Of a stretch of DNA of 64,000 bases, positions 52,230-62,324 are shown piece after piece (within the stretch, counting starts at the first letter, position 1; each line of letters starts with the position of its first letter). Origin of the DNA: an uncultured bacterium (GTDB taxonomy: Bacteria > Verrucomicrobiota > Kiritimatiellia > CAIKKV01 > CAIJXV01); assembly GCA_903824675.1 (NCBI GenBank), contig CAIJXV010000116.1, positions 111,379 to 175,378 of the forward strand, written 5' to 3'. The position numbers and the translations under genes are program-made. The notes beneath the pieces are model-generated. The model made no database searches, was not told where the DNA came from, and was given only the letters and a program-made list of their open reading frames with translations.

Positions 52230-52976
52230 TCATCCGAATTCGTTGCGCACCACGCTCAAGGCAAAAAGGGCCGCCGTTTCCACCCGAAGGGTGTTGGGGC
52301 CAAAACTGACCGGCAGGGCACCGGCTTCCGTCGCTGCGGATATTTCCGCCGGAGTCAAGTCCCCCTCCGGTCCTATCAGGATTCCCAAGCGGGCGGGCGG
52401 AGCCGACCGCAGATCCGCCAAAACTTGGCGTAGGGATGGGGCGGCCGGATCCAATACGCCCATTACCACCCGGTCGCTATCCGCAAATAACGCCGCCCAG
52501 TCACCGGGCCGGGCGGCCGCTTTGATCTCCGGTAAACGAGCTATTCCACATTGCTTGGCGGCGCTTAAAGCGATTCGCCGCCAACGGTCCGGAGCACCCC
52601 CACCCATCTCACCCCGGCTGGACGGGCGAACTTCACTCCGCTCGGTGATCAGGGGCACGATCCGCGAGGCGCCAATTTCAGTCGCTTTTTCGATCAGCCA
52701 ATCCCACCGCGATCCCTTGGGGAGCGCCTGATAGAGAACGATTTCTATCGCCGGAGGCGGAATGCGGTGGATGTCCCGTAATCCCAAAACCACGGTCCCG
52801 CGTCCCATCGCCACTACCCGGGCCCGGGCCACCTGCCCGCCTCCATCAAAAACCTCGATCTCCGCGTTTTCCCGGCCGCGGAGGACATGGAGGAAATGGT
52901 GGGCTTCGTCGGAATTGAGTTCAGGCGCAGGCGCCACCCAACGGTCCGGTTCAAGAAAAAAACGGTGGGCGGTCAT
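52230..52976 (-). CDS. rsmE: 16S rRNA (uracil1498-N3)-methyltransferase
   Basis: MTAHRFFLEP... PUA-like N-terminus; SPOUT C-terminal LGPNTLRVETAA. Confidence 0.8.
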   Translation of the reverse strand: MTAHRFFLEPDRWVAPAPELNSDEAHHFLHVLRGRENAEIEVFDGGGQVARARVVAMGRGTVVLGLRDIHRIPPPAIEIVLYQALPKGSRWDWLIEKATEIGASRIVPLITERSEVRPSSRGEMGGGAPDRWRRIALSAAKQCGIARLPEIKAAARPGDWAALFADSDRVVMGVLDPAAPSLRQVLADLRSAPPARLGILIGPEGDLTPAEISAATEAGALPVSFGPNTLRVETAALFALSVVRNEFG

Positions 52977-52982
52977 GATCGG

Positions 52983-54188
52983 TCAGGTTGAAGACCCCTT
53001 CTGGATCTCCTCTTTACGACGGTAGAAGGCGTCAATCCGGTTCTTGGTCGCCTGAAAAATGGGGTAATTATCTTCCGTGGCGGAATCCCGGAAATCCTTC
53101 ATGATTTTCTTCTGCCGGGAATTCAGATTGACCGGAACTTCGATTGCAATGCGCACGTGGAGATCACCCCGGCCATAGCCCTCCAGGCTGGGAACCCCCT
53201 TGCCTTTCATCCGGAAAATCTTGCCTGATTCCGTACCCGGATCAATCCTCAGTCGGGCCATCCCTTCCAGGGTGGGCACTTCAATATCTCCGCCCAAGGC
53301 GGCCAGGTCGGCCGGAACGGGAACTTCACACACCAGGTCATCGTCCTGCCGTTGAAAAAGGGCATGCTCGCGGACATGGAGGACCACATACAGATCGCCT
53401 GCCGTCCCGCCTTGAGAACCGCTCTCACCTTTGCCCGCCAGGCGCAGGCGCGATCCGGTTCCCACTCCGGCAGGGATTCGCAAGGTGATCCTTTTTCGAA
53501 CCTTGGTGCGCCCTCCGCCCTGACAGGTTGGACAGGGGTGAACGACCATCCGTCCGGTTCCGCCGCAAACCGGACAGGTTTGACGCACCTGGAAAAATCC
53601 ACTCGATGAAATCACCACGCCCCGCCCGGCGCACTGCTTACACGTTTGGGGTGACGTACCGGGTTTGACCCCGCTGCCTTTGCACGTTTCGCACTCTTCG
53701 GTCAAGGGCAGTGTGATTTCACGGGGCCCCCCGAAAACGGCTTCCTCGAATTCGATTTCGAGATCGAACCGAAGGTCGGCGCCAGGCTGGGGACCGGCGG
53801 TACGGGAGGAACGGCGACGCCCCCCGCCAAACAGCTCCTCGAACGGACTTCCACCCCCGCCGCCTTCGCCACCGAACATGGATCCCAGGATATCCTGCAA
53901 ATCGGAATAATGGGTGAAGTCGCGCGAGAAATCAAAACCGCCGGGCCCGAAGGAGGACCGCAATCCATCATGCCCGTATTGATCATATTGCTTGCGCTTC
54001 TCAGCGTCGCTCAACACTTCGTAGGCTTCGCTCAATTCCTTGAACTTGGCCTCCGCCTCCTTATTCCCGGGATTACGGTCGGGATGATACTGCATCGCCA
54101 GTTTACGATAGGCCTTACGGATCTCGTCGGCCGTCGCACTGCGGGAAGACCCCAGCACTTCATAATAATCTTTTCGGACCGCGCTCAT
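52983..54188 (-). CDS. dnaJ: Chaperone DnaJ
   Basis: J-domain HPDRNPG; Gly-rich region; four CxxCxGxG zinc-finger repeats. Confidence 0.92.
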   Translation of the reverse strand: MSAVRKDYYEVLGSSRSATADEIRKAYRKLAMQYHPDRNPGNKEAEAKFKELSEAYEVLSDAEKRKQYDQYGHDGLRSSFGPGGFDFSRDFTHYSDLQDILGSMFGGEGGGGGSPFEELFGGGRRRSSRTAGPQPGADLRFDLEIEFEEAVFGGPREITLPLTEECETCKGSGVKPGTSPQTCKQCAGRGVVISSSGFFQVRQTCPVCGGTGRMVVHPCPTCQGGGRTKVRKRITLRIPAGVGTGSRLRLAGKGESGSQGGTAGDLYVVLHVREHALFQRQDDDLVCEVPVPADLAALGGDIEVPTLEGMARLRIDPGTESGKIFRMKGKGVPSLEGYGRGDLHVRIAIEVPVNLNSRQKKIMKDFRDSATEDNYPIFQATKNRIDAFYRRKEEIQKGSST

Positions 54189-54835
54189 GTCGATTCCTCC
54201 CCGGAGGAAGGATCCGACGGCTGACCGGAGCTGACCACCACTTGCGCGTGTCGCAGGGTTTCCTTATCCAGTAAATAACCCTTGCGTGTTTCGAAGAGGA
54301 CCACGCCTTCCGCCTGGTCGGCGGAGGGCGCCTGGGAAATGGCTTCGTGTTGCTTCGGGTCGAACGACCGGCCGACGGATTCGATCGGCAAAACTCCCTG
54401 TTTCCGAAGAATCTCCTGGAATTGCTGGAGCACAAGGGTCAATCCGCCAATAAAAGCCGCCCCGGCTTGATGCTCCCGCGCCTGTTGCTCAGCTCGCTCA
54501 AGGTTGTCGAGCACCGGCAGCACATCGAGCAGAACTTTTTCGCGCACCCGGCGGCTCCATTCGGCCTGTTCTCGTGCCGTCCGTTTGCGATAATTATCAA
54601 AATCCGCCTGAAGCCGTAGCATCTGATCCCGAAGCCGGACTTCTTCAGAAATCGGCAAGGGGATGACGTCAGCCACCTGCGGTTCCCCGTCCACCTCGGG
54701 GGTCGCATCCAGGGGCGGCAGTTCCGGAAGCGTCGAAGCCGCTGCGGGGTCCTGAGGTTCAGGCGCAGGCGACGCCGCGACAGCCGGTTCGGATGCATGC
54801 GATGAATGTTTGTGATGTGTTTTCATGATAGGCAA
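54185..54835 (-). CDS. grpE: Nucleotide exchange factor GrpE
   Basis: [18 protein letters not shown] coiled-coil signature; 4-nt overlap with dnaJ. Confidence 0.9.
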   Translation of the reverse strand: MPIMKTHHKHSSHASEPAVAASPAPEPQDPAAASTLPELPPLDATPEVDGEPQVADVIPLPISEEVRLRDQMLRLQADFDNYRKRTAREQAEWSRRVREKVLLDVLPVLDNLERAEQQAREHQAGAAFIGGLTLVLQQFQEILRKQGVLPIESVGRSFDPKQHEAISQAPSADQAEGVVLFETRKGYLLDKETLRHAQVVVSSGQPSDPSSGEEST

Positions 54836-54850
54836 TGTTTCAAAAGCGGG

Positions 54851-56302
54851 TTATTTCGAAATCCGCAGGGCGACCAAGGTCATGTCGTCATATTGCGGCA
54901 CGTCACCGGTGAATTGCAACAACTTCTGATGGACGACCTCAACGAGTCCCTGCACTTTTTGTCCCTCTCCGTCCAGGGCGGAAAGCTGAATAGTTTTTAC
55001 CAGGTTAAGAACTCCCCATTCGTTCTGGCGCTGGTCCATCGCCTCCGTCACCCCGTCGGTGTAGACCACCACGGTATCGCCGGGGGCCAGGGTGACGCTG
55101 ACTTCCTCCAGGGCGGCGGAGAAACTCTCATCGTCGGCAATCCCGATTCCGATCCCAGCAGAATCGATCGTCCAAGGCTTGCCGTGGTTGCCGGGATTAA
55201 CCAGAGGATGGGTGTGCCCCGCGCGGGCAATCCGCAATTCGCGGGTATCGAGATCATAAATCATATAGAGAATGGTAATGAACATATCCTCGGCCAGATC
55301 GGGGCTCAGAACCACCTGCATCCCCCGCAGGACGGCGGCCGGGGAGAGATTGTTCTGAGCCTTGATGCGCAGGGCGCCCCGGCACAGGGACATGACGATT
55401 GCACCCGCCACGCCCTTGCCGGAAACGTCGGCGATGGCAATGCCGAAATGCCGGTCGTCAATTTTCACGAAGTCGTAATAATCGCCGCCGATCTGTTGGG
55501 CCGCGAGGCTAAAGGCGGCCAACTCGGCGCCGGGAATCTGTGGAATTTCCTTAGGCAGAAGGGCGGCTTGAATGTGGTGTGCAATCCCCAAATCGTAATC
55601 GATCCGGCGTTTTTCTTCCAAGGCCGTGCTGAATTTGGCGTAGTAAATCGAAACTGAAGCCTGGTCCGCCAGGGCCTGAAGCATATTCTGATCGCCTTGG
55701 ATGAACGGATGCTCATCGACGCGATTGAGCACGACCAGCAGGCCCATGACCTTGTTGCGAAACCGCATGGGAACAAACAAGGCCGAATGGATATGCAGAA
55801 AATCAAGCGAGAAGCGGGGCAGACGGCTATCTTGTTCCCCGTCGCGGATGATCAGCGGAATCCCGGCCGCCGCCACCTCGCCCACCAAACCCCGGCCAAT
55901 CCGGGTCGTTTGGGATTTGACCAGATCGTCAATATACCGGGTTTTGCTGAAGGCCCGTTCAACCCCTTCATCTAAACCCGCTACGATCGGGGGAAAGATG
56001 CCCGAAGTGGCGTGTGCCCGCAGGGTTTCCCCATCCTCTTCCGTAAGGTAAATGGCCCCCGCCCCTGCCCGCGTGGTGCGCAAGGCATAAAACAGAACCC
56101 GGCGAAGCAATTCATGAATGTCGACGTTTTCGCCGCCGGAAAACACATCGCCTACATCCTGCACGAAACTGAAGACTACATCCTTTTCCTGCAACAGGGC
56201 ATACCGCTCCCGTGCCAAAGCCCGCAACCGCCGGATCAGAATCCACAACATTCCGGACACAGCCACGGCCAACAGAATGACGGTTGATAATTTGGCAATC
56301 AT
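54851..56302 (-). CDS. GAF-domain PP2C-type serine phosphatase (RsbU/SpoIIE family), membrane-anchored
   Basis: N-terminal TM; GAF region; PP2C/SpoIIE core IADVSGKGVAGAIVMS ... VYTDGVTEA. Confidence 0.8.
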   Translation of the reverse strand: MIAKLSTVILLAVAVSGMLWILIRRLRALARERYALLQEKDVVFSFVQDVGDVFSGGENVDIHELLRRVLFYALRTTRAGAGAIYLTEEDGETLRAHATSGIFPPIVAGLDEGVERAFSKTRYIDDLVKSQTTRIGRGLVGEVAAAGIPLIIRDGEQDSRLPRFSLDFLHIHSALFVPMRFRNKVMGLLVVLNRVDEHPFIQGDQNMLQALADQASVSIYYAKFSTALEEKRRIDYDLGIAHHIQAALLPKEIPQIPGAELAAFSLAAQQIGGDYYDFVKIDDRHFGIAIADVSGKGVAGAIVMSLCRGALRIKAQNNLSPAAVLRGMQVVLSPDLAEDMFITILYMIYDLDTRELRIARAGHTHPLVNPGNHGKPWTIDSAGIGIGIADDESFSAALEEVSVTLAPGDTVVVYTDGVTEAMDQRQNEWGVLNLVKTIQLSALDGEGQKVQGLVEVVHQKLLQFTGDVPQYDDMTLVALRISK

Positions 56303-56841
56303 GTCTTCTTATCCGGCTCAACCTGCGACTTGAGGTCCTCTCGCAGATAGGAGAGCACATCCTGAAATTTGGGCAGATTGGCGGGATCGATTTCCACCAG
56401 GGTCTCGTGCGCCGCCAGCATGGTCTCGGTCGCCAATCGCTTGTCGGGCGTCATCTCCAGGCGCACCTCACCGGCCGATCCGGCCTCGGTCGGAGCGTCG
56501 GGGGTTTCATGCAGCAAATGAACCCGGATCAGCCGGGTCAATCCCAACGTCTCCATTAACCCCAAACTCTTGGAACTCAAATTGACCGCGGTCACCTCGC
56601 CCTGATTCAGGGTTTTAATTCGGACCGCCAGGCCCGCTAAAACCCCCATGAACGTACTGTCCATCCCGGTACACGCTTTTAAATCCAAGATCAGGCGACG
56701 ACAGCCCTTCTCAATTTGTGCCGAAACAAACTTCTTCAAGGCCGGACTGACCTGAAAAGAGCCCCGCCCAATCACTCGCACGAAAGCCTTGTCGCCTTCT
56801 GCTGCCACTAAAATCGTATCCGCTGCTGCCTTGGAATCCAT
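56299..56841 (-). CDS. STAS-domain anti-sigma-factor antagonist-like protein with C-terminal extension
   Basis: STAS pattern (FVRVIGRGSFQVSPAL...LILDLKACTGMDSTFMGVLAGL); 4-nt overlap with the PP2C gene. Confidence 0.6.
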   Translation of the reverse strand: MDSKAAADTILVAAEGDKAFVRVIGRGSFQVSPALKKFVSAQIEKGCRRLILDLKACTGMDSTFMGVLAGLAVRIKTLNQGEVTAVNLSSKSLGLMETLGLTRLIRVHLLHETPDAPTEAGSAGEVRLEMTPDKRLATETMLAAHETLVEIDPANLPKFQDVLSYLREDLKSQVEPDKKT

Positions 56842-56973
56842 CGCCGGCCTTTCTCTCGTTGAAACGGCCTAAAAATCAACATAAAACGATAACATTTAAC
56901 CGCAAACCCTGTCAACCGCAGGCCTTTTGTGAATTACCCCCCAAAAAAAGCCTCGTGCGAACCGTATCTCCCG

Positions 56974-57921
56974 TCAAGGGACCGACCCCGGCTCCGCCAA
57001 ATCCGTCAGGCGCTGGTCAAATTCACCATCATCCTCAATCACGGCCCGTTTTTTTAACTGCTCTACAACTCCGGCCAAGGCTTCCCCTCTACGGGTATGA
57101 ATCATCAGGTCGCGAATCTGGCCCTTGATCTCCTCAAACGCAACCGTTTCGCCGCCGGCCTCCTCTGCGGTCTTTTGCACGATATGCAAACCCAACGGGG
57201 TCTGAACCACTCCGCTGATTTCACCCGCCTTCATCTCAAAAAGCACTTCGTCAAACTCCGGCAGGGTAATCCCCTGAGTAATCCAGCCCAGGCTTCCCCC
57301 TGTGCTTTTCCCGGAAGGACATTCCGAAAAAGCCGCAGCCAGATCGCCAAATTCAGCTCCGGCCAGCGCCTGCGCCCGCAATTCCAACAGGCGGGACTCC
57401 GCCGCATCCCGGTCACCGGATGCAGCCGTGGCGGGCTTGAGCAGGATATGCCGGGCTTGAGCGCGGGGCGGACTCCGGAATTCTTCCGGATGCCCCTCAT
57501 ACCACTCCCGTAATTCGTCTTCCTCCGGTTCGGGCAAATGCCGGGTGATCTCGGCGACCAACCGGTCGATCTGCCGACCCTGGATGATCCCCACCCTCAA
57601 CTGATCGACGGTCACTTTCTGTTTTTCGAGCAGAGCAGCAAACCGGTCGTCTCCACCCGCCTCTTCCGTCATTTGACGGACGCGCTTATCAGCTTCCTCG
57701 GGCGCCACTTGGATCCCCCGTCGCCGCGCCTCATCCAACAAAAGCTTGGCGCCAATAGCCTGCTCGCGGGCTTTCTTCAATAGCATCGGCATCTGCCGTC
57801 CGATTTCCGCCTTGGGCAGATGCTCGGAATAAAATCGGATCAGTCGCTGGAGTTCGGTAAGAACCACCGCATCGGCAATCGGTTCGCCATTCACGCGCAA
57901 AGTCATAGGCCTATTCCTCAC
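56974..57921 (-). CDS. Parvulin-type peptidyl-prolyl cis-trans isomerase (SurA/PpiC family)
   Basis: Parvulin domain RAQARHILLK...GGSLGWITQG...GLHIVQK. Confidence 0.75.
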   Translation of the reverse strand: MRNRPMTLRVNGEPIADAVVLTELQRLIRFYSEHLPKAEIGRQMPMLLKKAREQAIGAKLLLDEARRRGIQVAPEEADKRVRQMTEEAGGDDRFAALLEKQKVTVDQLRVGIIQGRQIDRLVAEITRHLPEPEEDELREWYEGHPEEFRSPPRAQARHILLKPATAASGDRDAAESRLLELRAQALAGAEFGDLAAAFSECPSGKSTGGSLGWITQGITLPEFDEVLFEMKAGEISGVVQTPLGLHIVQKTAEEAGGETVAFEEIKGQIRDLMIHTRRGEALAGVVEQLKKRAVIEDDGEFDQRLTDLAEPGSVP

Positions 57922-57930
57922 TTCATAAGG

Positions 57931-58611
57931 TTAATATCGCGGAGCCACGGTAACGGCCGGATGAAGATACAAGGGTTCCAACGGATCGGAGGCCACCCCG
58001 ACTCGCTGCCGCGCTTCAATCAATCCACCCACCGCTTCCGCCGTCGGAATCCGAACCGCGTCGGCCCAATCGACCGCCGCCCGGCTGGCGGCCGCCCCGA
58101 TCTGCGGCGCCAGGCGTTCCCAATCCGGCGACACCCACCGGGCCCCGGGTGGCACACCGGAAAAACAATCGACCTGGGGAACCAACTCCCACTCGGTGCA
58201 CCGGACGGGAAGTCCGTTCCCGCGTTCGTACCCAACCCGCCAGCACCGCTCGCGCCGGGCATCCCCTAACACCATCACCCGGTCTGCAGAGGTCCGTTGA
58301 AATTCATCCCAAGCCAGGGCCTCGGCGCTGCTGACGCCATACACTTCGCGCTCGGAAGGCAGGGCCAACCCGCGCACGGCCGTCAACGCCATCCGCATCC
58401 CGGAGTAGGAGCCCGGGCCCAATCCCACACCAAATGAATCGAGGGTCTCCAACCGGGCAACCTCCACGGCCAGAACTTCAGCTAAAACGCCGAACATCTG
58501 CTGGGTGTGAAAACGGTCTTCCGTCCACGCCCGACTCAGCAAACTGCGTCCCTCCTCCATCACCGCCAAGCTGCCGGAGCGGGTCGATTGTTCCAAGATC
58601 AATCTTTTCAT
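57931..58611 (-). CDS. tsaB: tRNA threonylcarbamoyladenosine biosynthesis protein TsaB
   Basis: YeaZ-like GVGLGPGSYSGMRMALTAVRGLALP. Confidence 0.75.
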   Translation of the reverse strand: MKRLILEQSTRSGSLAVMEEGRSLLSRAWTEDRFHTQQMFGVLAEVLAVEVARLETLDSFGVGLGPGSYSGMRMALTAVRGLALPSEREVYGVSSAEALAWDEFQRTSADRVMVLGDARRERCWRVGYERGNGLPVRCTEWELVPQVDCFSGVPPGARWVSPDWERLAPQIGAAASRAAVDWADAVRIPTAEAVGGLIEARQRVGVASDPLEPLYLHPAVTVAPRY

Positions 58612-58683
58612 CGGTCAGTCACAGTACCGGGAGATGGAAGTTTCAACAAGAAAAAATATGATGGGTACGTCAGACGACGAACA

Positions 58684-60363
58684 TTATCGCCTATCTCCTG
58701 TTAATTCTCGGGCGGCTTGAAATAATGAGTTCCGGTCCGGGTGGTTGACATCATCCGTCAAGCCCCAGGCGCCATAGCGGGTATAACGGCCGGCCAGTGC
58801 AAATTGCATCGCGATATTTCCGCCCAGATCCCAGAAGCCATCGGCCAAGTTCATCTTGTAGATATCTTTCTGACGCGGATCGCGGACGGCATGGATCCGA
58901 TTCCCAAGGTTGGCCATCCGGCCAACTCCCAAGTCCGGCCCCCCCTCGTAGGCGCAAAAACCTCCAGGCAATTTGTACCGCTGGGCCAACTCCACCACCG
59001 CCAGCCGCTCCGCCTTTTTTTGTTCAACAAAATGGCGCATATCGGCCAGAATCTGATCGACCGTTGCGATCTCCGAGCCGGGCGCAGCCGCCGCCATTTT
59101 GCCTCCGTAGTAAACCGGAATAGAAATGGCGTAGATCCAATGACAAGGCGTATTCCCCGTATCGTTTAAATATTGCAGCATACCCGGCAATCGCCCGCAA
59201 ATAAAAAAACCCTTCGGATCGGGAGTGACGCCCGCCAACACGCCACGAATCCGGTAGTTGACAGCCTGGGAGCCAAAAATGTCCGCAAAAATAGCGATCG
59301 TCTCCTTCAGCCGCTGGGCATGCCGGCGCTGAGCCCAAATCTCTTCGTTGCCGACCTGATCATAATTATAGAGAGCCTGGCCGGTTTTCACTTCTTCCAC
59401 AGCCCGGGCCTTATTCCAGCCATATTGCAGAAATCCGAAATTCCAGATTTCATTGCTGTACTCGATGTAGATGGAATGCCGGGGATTGAGGGTGGTTTTC
59501 AGCAGGATGGCCAATTGTCGAATATAGTTGTCATCCGCGGAAACCGGAATATTGATCCACATATCCAAATCCGCTTCATTGCAAAGTTGAACGGCAAATT
59601 CCCAAGGCCAGCCATCTTTCTTGTTGAGAGTATCCATGCGACAAACAGCCGCGTCGTCAGGCCGCTTGCGGCACTCCCAGTGCTGGACCCGTGTCTGATC
59701 TTTTCCCCATTCGACGTTCCCGTTCGTATCCAACACCGCCATGAAACGGAGGGTTGAAAAGGCGGCACTTCTCAAACACGTCAGGTATTCACGGGTAAAC
59801 AGTTGCGAGGTCGTGGGCGAATAGCCTGGACGAATAAGGCGGAACTGCGCAAGCCCCGTATGAAGGCGGGAATCGGGTTCGCGTCGCGTATCCCGAAAGC
59901 CCAGGATGACCAGTCCATGCTGCGGGCCAGGCTTGAAAAGGATCAAATCAAAGGTCGTCGTATGGGAAGATTGATCGTAGACCTGGTTGGTCAGCACAAA
60001 GGGCCCTTCAATCGCCTCCACGGTGGCGGCGCCGTGGAATGAGCCTTTATAGATGCCACTGTGATCCGGTCGATAAGCATCGGGATCATCAATCTGTCCC
60101 GCCCACTCCGCACAAGGGCGCAAATCCATGATCCAGCGGCAGTCCGTCTGGGGCCACCCCTGCTTATCCACATCCTCCGCCGTCAAAGGCATCCATCCCG
60201 CACCGTTGGTTGAAGCTTTTTCCCAGCGATAATGTTCCCGAACCTGGTCGACAAATGCATTGCCTGACGCCTCAACCCCCAGTTTCCCGCCATAGGTCAA
60301 GGCCCATACCGTCGATACCTGCACCCCCAAAAGGGTTATCGCAATCAAGGCGGAAGTTCTCAC
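58684..60363 (-). CDS. Secreted hypothetical protein, possible clan GH-A glycoside hydrolase
   Basis: Signal peptide; IYIEYSNEIWN resembles the GH-A NE(P) acid/base strand; otherwise unassigned. Confidence 0.3.
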   Translation of the reverse strand: MRTSALIAITLLGVQVSTVWALTYGGKLGVEASGNAFVDQVREHYRWEKASTNGAGWMPLTAEDVDKQGWPQTDCRWIMDLRPCAEWAGQIDDPDAYRPDHSGIYKGSFHGAATVEAIEGPFVLTNQVYDQSSHTTTFDLILFKPGPQHGLVILGFRDTRREPDSRLHTGLAQFRLIRPGYSPTTSQLFTREYLTCLRSAAFSTLRFMAVLDTNGNVEWGKDQTRVQHWECRKRPDDAAVCRMDTLNKKDGWPWEFAVQLCNEADLDMWINIPVSADDNYIRQLAILLKTTLNPRHSIYIEYSNEIWNFGFLQYGWNKARAVEEVKTGQALYNYDQVGNEEIWAQRRHAQRLKETIAIFADIFGSQAVNYRIRGVLAGVTPDPKGFFICGRLPGMLQYLNDTGNTPCHWIYAISIPVYYGGKMAAAAPGSEIATVDQILADMRHFVEQKKAERLAVVELAQRYKLPGGFCAYEGGPDLGVGRMANLGNRIHAVRDPRQKDIYKMNLADGFWDLGGNIAMQFALAGRYTRYGAWGLTDDVNHPDRNSLFQAARELTGDRR

Positions 60364-61031
60364 CTTAGGGGCCTTTCCTGGGGAACGAACAGGTCCATCA
60401 CGTTACCCCAACGGGCGTTCGGATCCGCACTGATGCGGGCAATCATCTGTTCAAATTCGGTCCATTGGACGTCCGTGACCATCTCGTAGGAGTGGCCCCA
60501 GAAATAGAAAACCCCGCCCACCCGGGCTTTCTCGTAGCGCGCCCATAGATCCGGTGCCAGAAAATGACAACAGGGGTGAAAGGCCATGGGATTTTCCGGC
60601 GGGAAAGGCTGCTCCACATTTCGCGTGGTTCGGGCATACACATGTCCGGCCTCCTGGATCGCCGCCATGACCGCCTCATTATACGAACCGAACGGATACG
60701 CAAAGCCCAGCACGGCCTGTCCAAAAAATTGTTGCAGTCGGTCCCGCCCTTCAACAATATCCTGGCGGGCTGCCTCAATTGGAATCTGCTCGAGGTGCGG
60801 ATGCATGAGACCATGATTGGCAATCGGAAATCCCTCGTAAACCGCCATCATTTCACTCCAGCCCAATCGCCAGACTTCCGTATCCTGATGTTTCCTTAAC
60901 AGTTTGCGGCTCGCGTCATGGAGACCGGCATTCAAGTTGAAGGTTGCATTGGCTTTATGCCGGCGGAGGATCTCGATCACCCGCACATCCGCCGTCACGC
61001 CATCATCCCAGCATTGAACCACCGTCATCAT
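60360..61031 (-). CDS. Polysaccharide deacetylase (NodB/CE4-like)
   Basis: CWDDGVTADVRVIEILRRHKANATFNL matches the NodB-homology N-terminal motif; 4-nt overlap with the upstream gene. Confidence 0.65.
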   Translation of the reverse strand: MMTVVQCWDDGVTADVRVIEILRRHKANATFNLNAGLHDASRKLLRKHQDTEVWRLGWSEMMAVYEGFPIANHGLMHPHLEQIPIEAARQDIVEGRDRLQQFFGQAVLGFAYPFGSYNEAVMAAIQEAGHVYARTTRNVEQPFPPENPMAFHPCCHFLAPDLWARYEKARVGGVFYFWGHSYEMVTDVQWTEFEQMIARISADPNARWGNVMDLFVPQERPLR

Positions 61032-61294
61032 TGAACGATTCCCTTTCCCATGAGTGCCATGCCCGACTTGCCAGACGAGTCAAATTATCCGGATTCCCCG
61101 AAATATACACGTCTATTATTCGGCGATTTTTGCTCGGGTCCTCGTGGGCTAAGGAGTGTTCTTGGAAGTTTATTTGAGGACTTCGGCTGCGAATTCTGTG
61201 ATCGACGGCAACAGGTCAAATACAACAACCCTTAAACCTGATGGCAGAAATGACAACCCGGGCATCCGCCGGAAGAAGGAAAAACAGGAAAGAA

Positions 61295-61371
61295 TGGCGG
61301 GAGCGACGGGACTCGAACCCGCAACAACCAGATCGACAGTCTGGGACTCTAACCAATTGAGCTACGCCCCC
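61295..61371 (-). tRNA. tRNA-Asp (anticodon GTC)
   Basis: Reverse complement folds by hand into a cloverleaf: acceptor stem with G4-U69 wobble, anticodon loop CTGTCGA, T-loop GGTTCGAGTCC, 3' CCA encoded. Confidence 0.85.
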
Positions 61372-61463
61372 GAAAAAGTCCAGATAGAATATGCATCTCC
61401 CTCAAAAAAGCAAGAGCAATTTTCAAGGGGGTTGTCTTCTTCGGTCCTCAACCCCAAAACCAT

Positions 61464-62324
61464 TCAGGGGGATTCCATCAACTGACCCGCCAGCACATCC
61501 CATTGCTCAACGGTCAGTTCTTCCGGACGACTTTGCGATTTAATGCCGGCCGCCTCCAAAACCCGCTCCACTCCGGCTGAATCACGCGGCAAATAACCCG
61601 GCACTTCAATCCGCCCCAAAATCACCCGGATCTGCTTACGCCGCTGGGAAAAGGCCGCCTTGGCGACCTTGCAAAAAAGGGCCAACCGGACCCCGTCAGC
61701 CGGATTCAGATCGATCCGCTCCAGTCGGACAATCGCCGACCGGACTTCCGGCGCCGGGAAAAAACAGGCCCCGGAAATGGTTTTGACAATCCGAACCGCA
61801 TACCAACGTTGAACCAACACCCCCAATAATCCCCGTTGCCGGCCGCCCGGTCCGGCAGCCAGTCGCTCCGCGACCTCCAATTGAACCGTCAAAGTCAGGG
61901 CCGTTGGCGGATCGCTCAATTGGGCCAGTTCCACAATCATCCGGCTTCCAGACGAATACGGCAGATTCGCCACCACCTGGGTGATTGCGGAACGGCTCCA
62001 CCGGGTGGGATCCAAATCAAGAAAGTCAGAATGAATTAATTCTAATCGGGGATTCGCCCCGAAGAGTTCCTGTAAATGGGCGTACAAGATCGAATCCTTC
62101 TCAACCGCCACCACGTTCGCCCCCCGCTCCAACAAGCCCTCCGTCAAAACCCCCAAGCCGGGCCCGATTTCCAACACGGTATCCCCGGCCCCTGCATTTG
62201 ACGTACTCAAGATTTGATTGCGAATATTGGCGTCGATGAGAAAATTCTGTCCCAAAAGCGGATTGGGCGCCATACCGAGCTGGCGCATTCGCTCGGACAC
62301 CTCCCGGGGACTGGTCAGATTCAT
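61464..62324 (-). CDS. rsmA: 16S rRNA (adenine1518/1519-N6)-dimethyltransferase
   Basis: LGQNFLID and VLEIGPGLGVLT SAM motifs; NLPY. Confidence 0.9.
   Translation of the reverse strand: MNLTSPREVSERMRQLGMAPNPLLGQNFLIDANIRNQILSTSNAGAGDTVLEIGPGLGVLTEGLLERGANVVAVEKDSILYAHLQELFGANPRLELIHSDFLDLDPTRWSRSAITQVVANLPYSSGSRMIVELAQLSDPPTALTLTVQLEVAERLAAGPGGRQRGLLGVLVQRWYAVRIVKTISGACFFPAPEVRSAIVRLERIDLNPADGVRLALFCKVAKAAFSQRRKQIRVILGRIEVPGYLPRDSAGVERVLEAAGIKSQSRPEELTVEQWDVLAGQLMESP

Noticed and set aside
54836-54850. CIRCE (TTAGCACTC-N9-GAGTGCTAA) heat-shock operator upstream of grpE or of the STAS/PP2C pair
   Set aside because: It was looked for in 54836-54850 and 56842-56973 and not found.
56900-56960. 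Possible terminator (aggcctttt...aaaaaaagcct) downstream of the PPIase gene
   Set aside because: The stem relies on A/T pairs with a long 16-nt loop and no clean GC hairpin followed by a T-run. It is not convincing as an intrinsic terminator.
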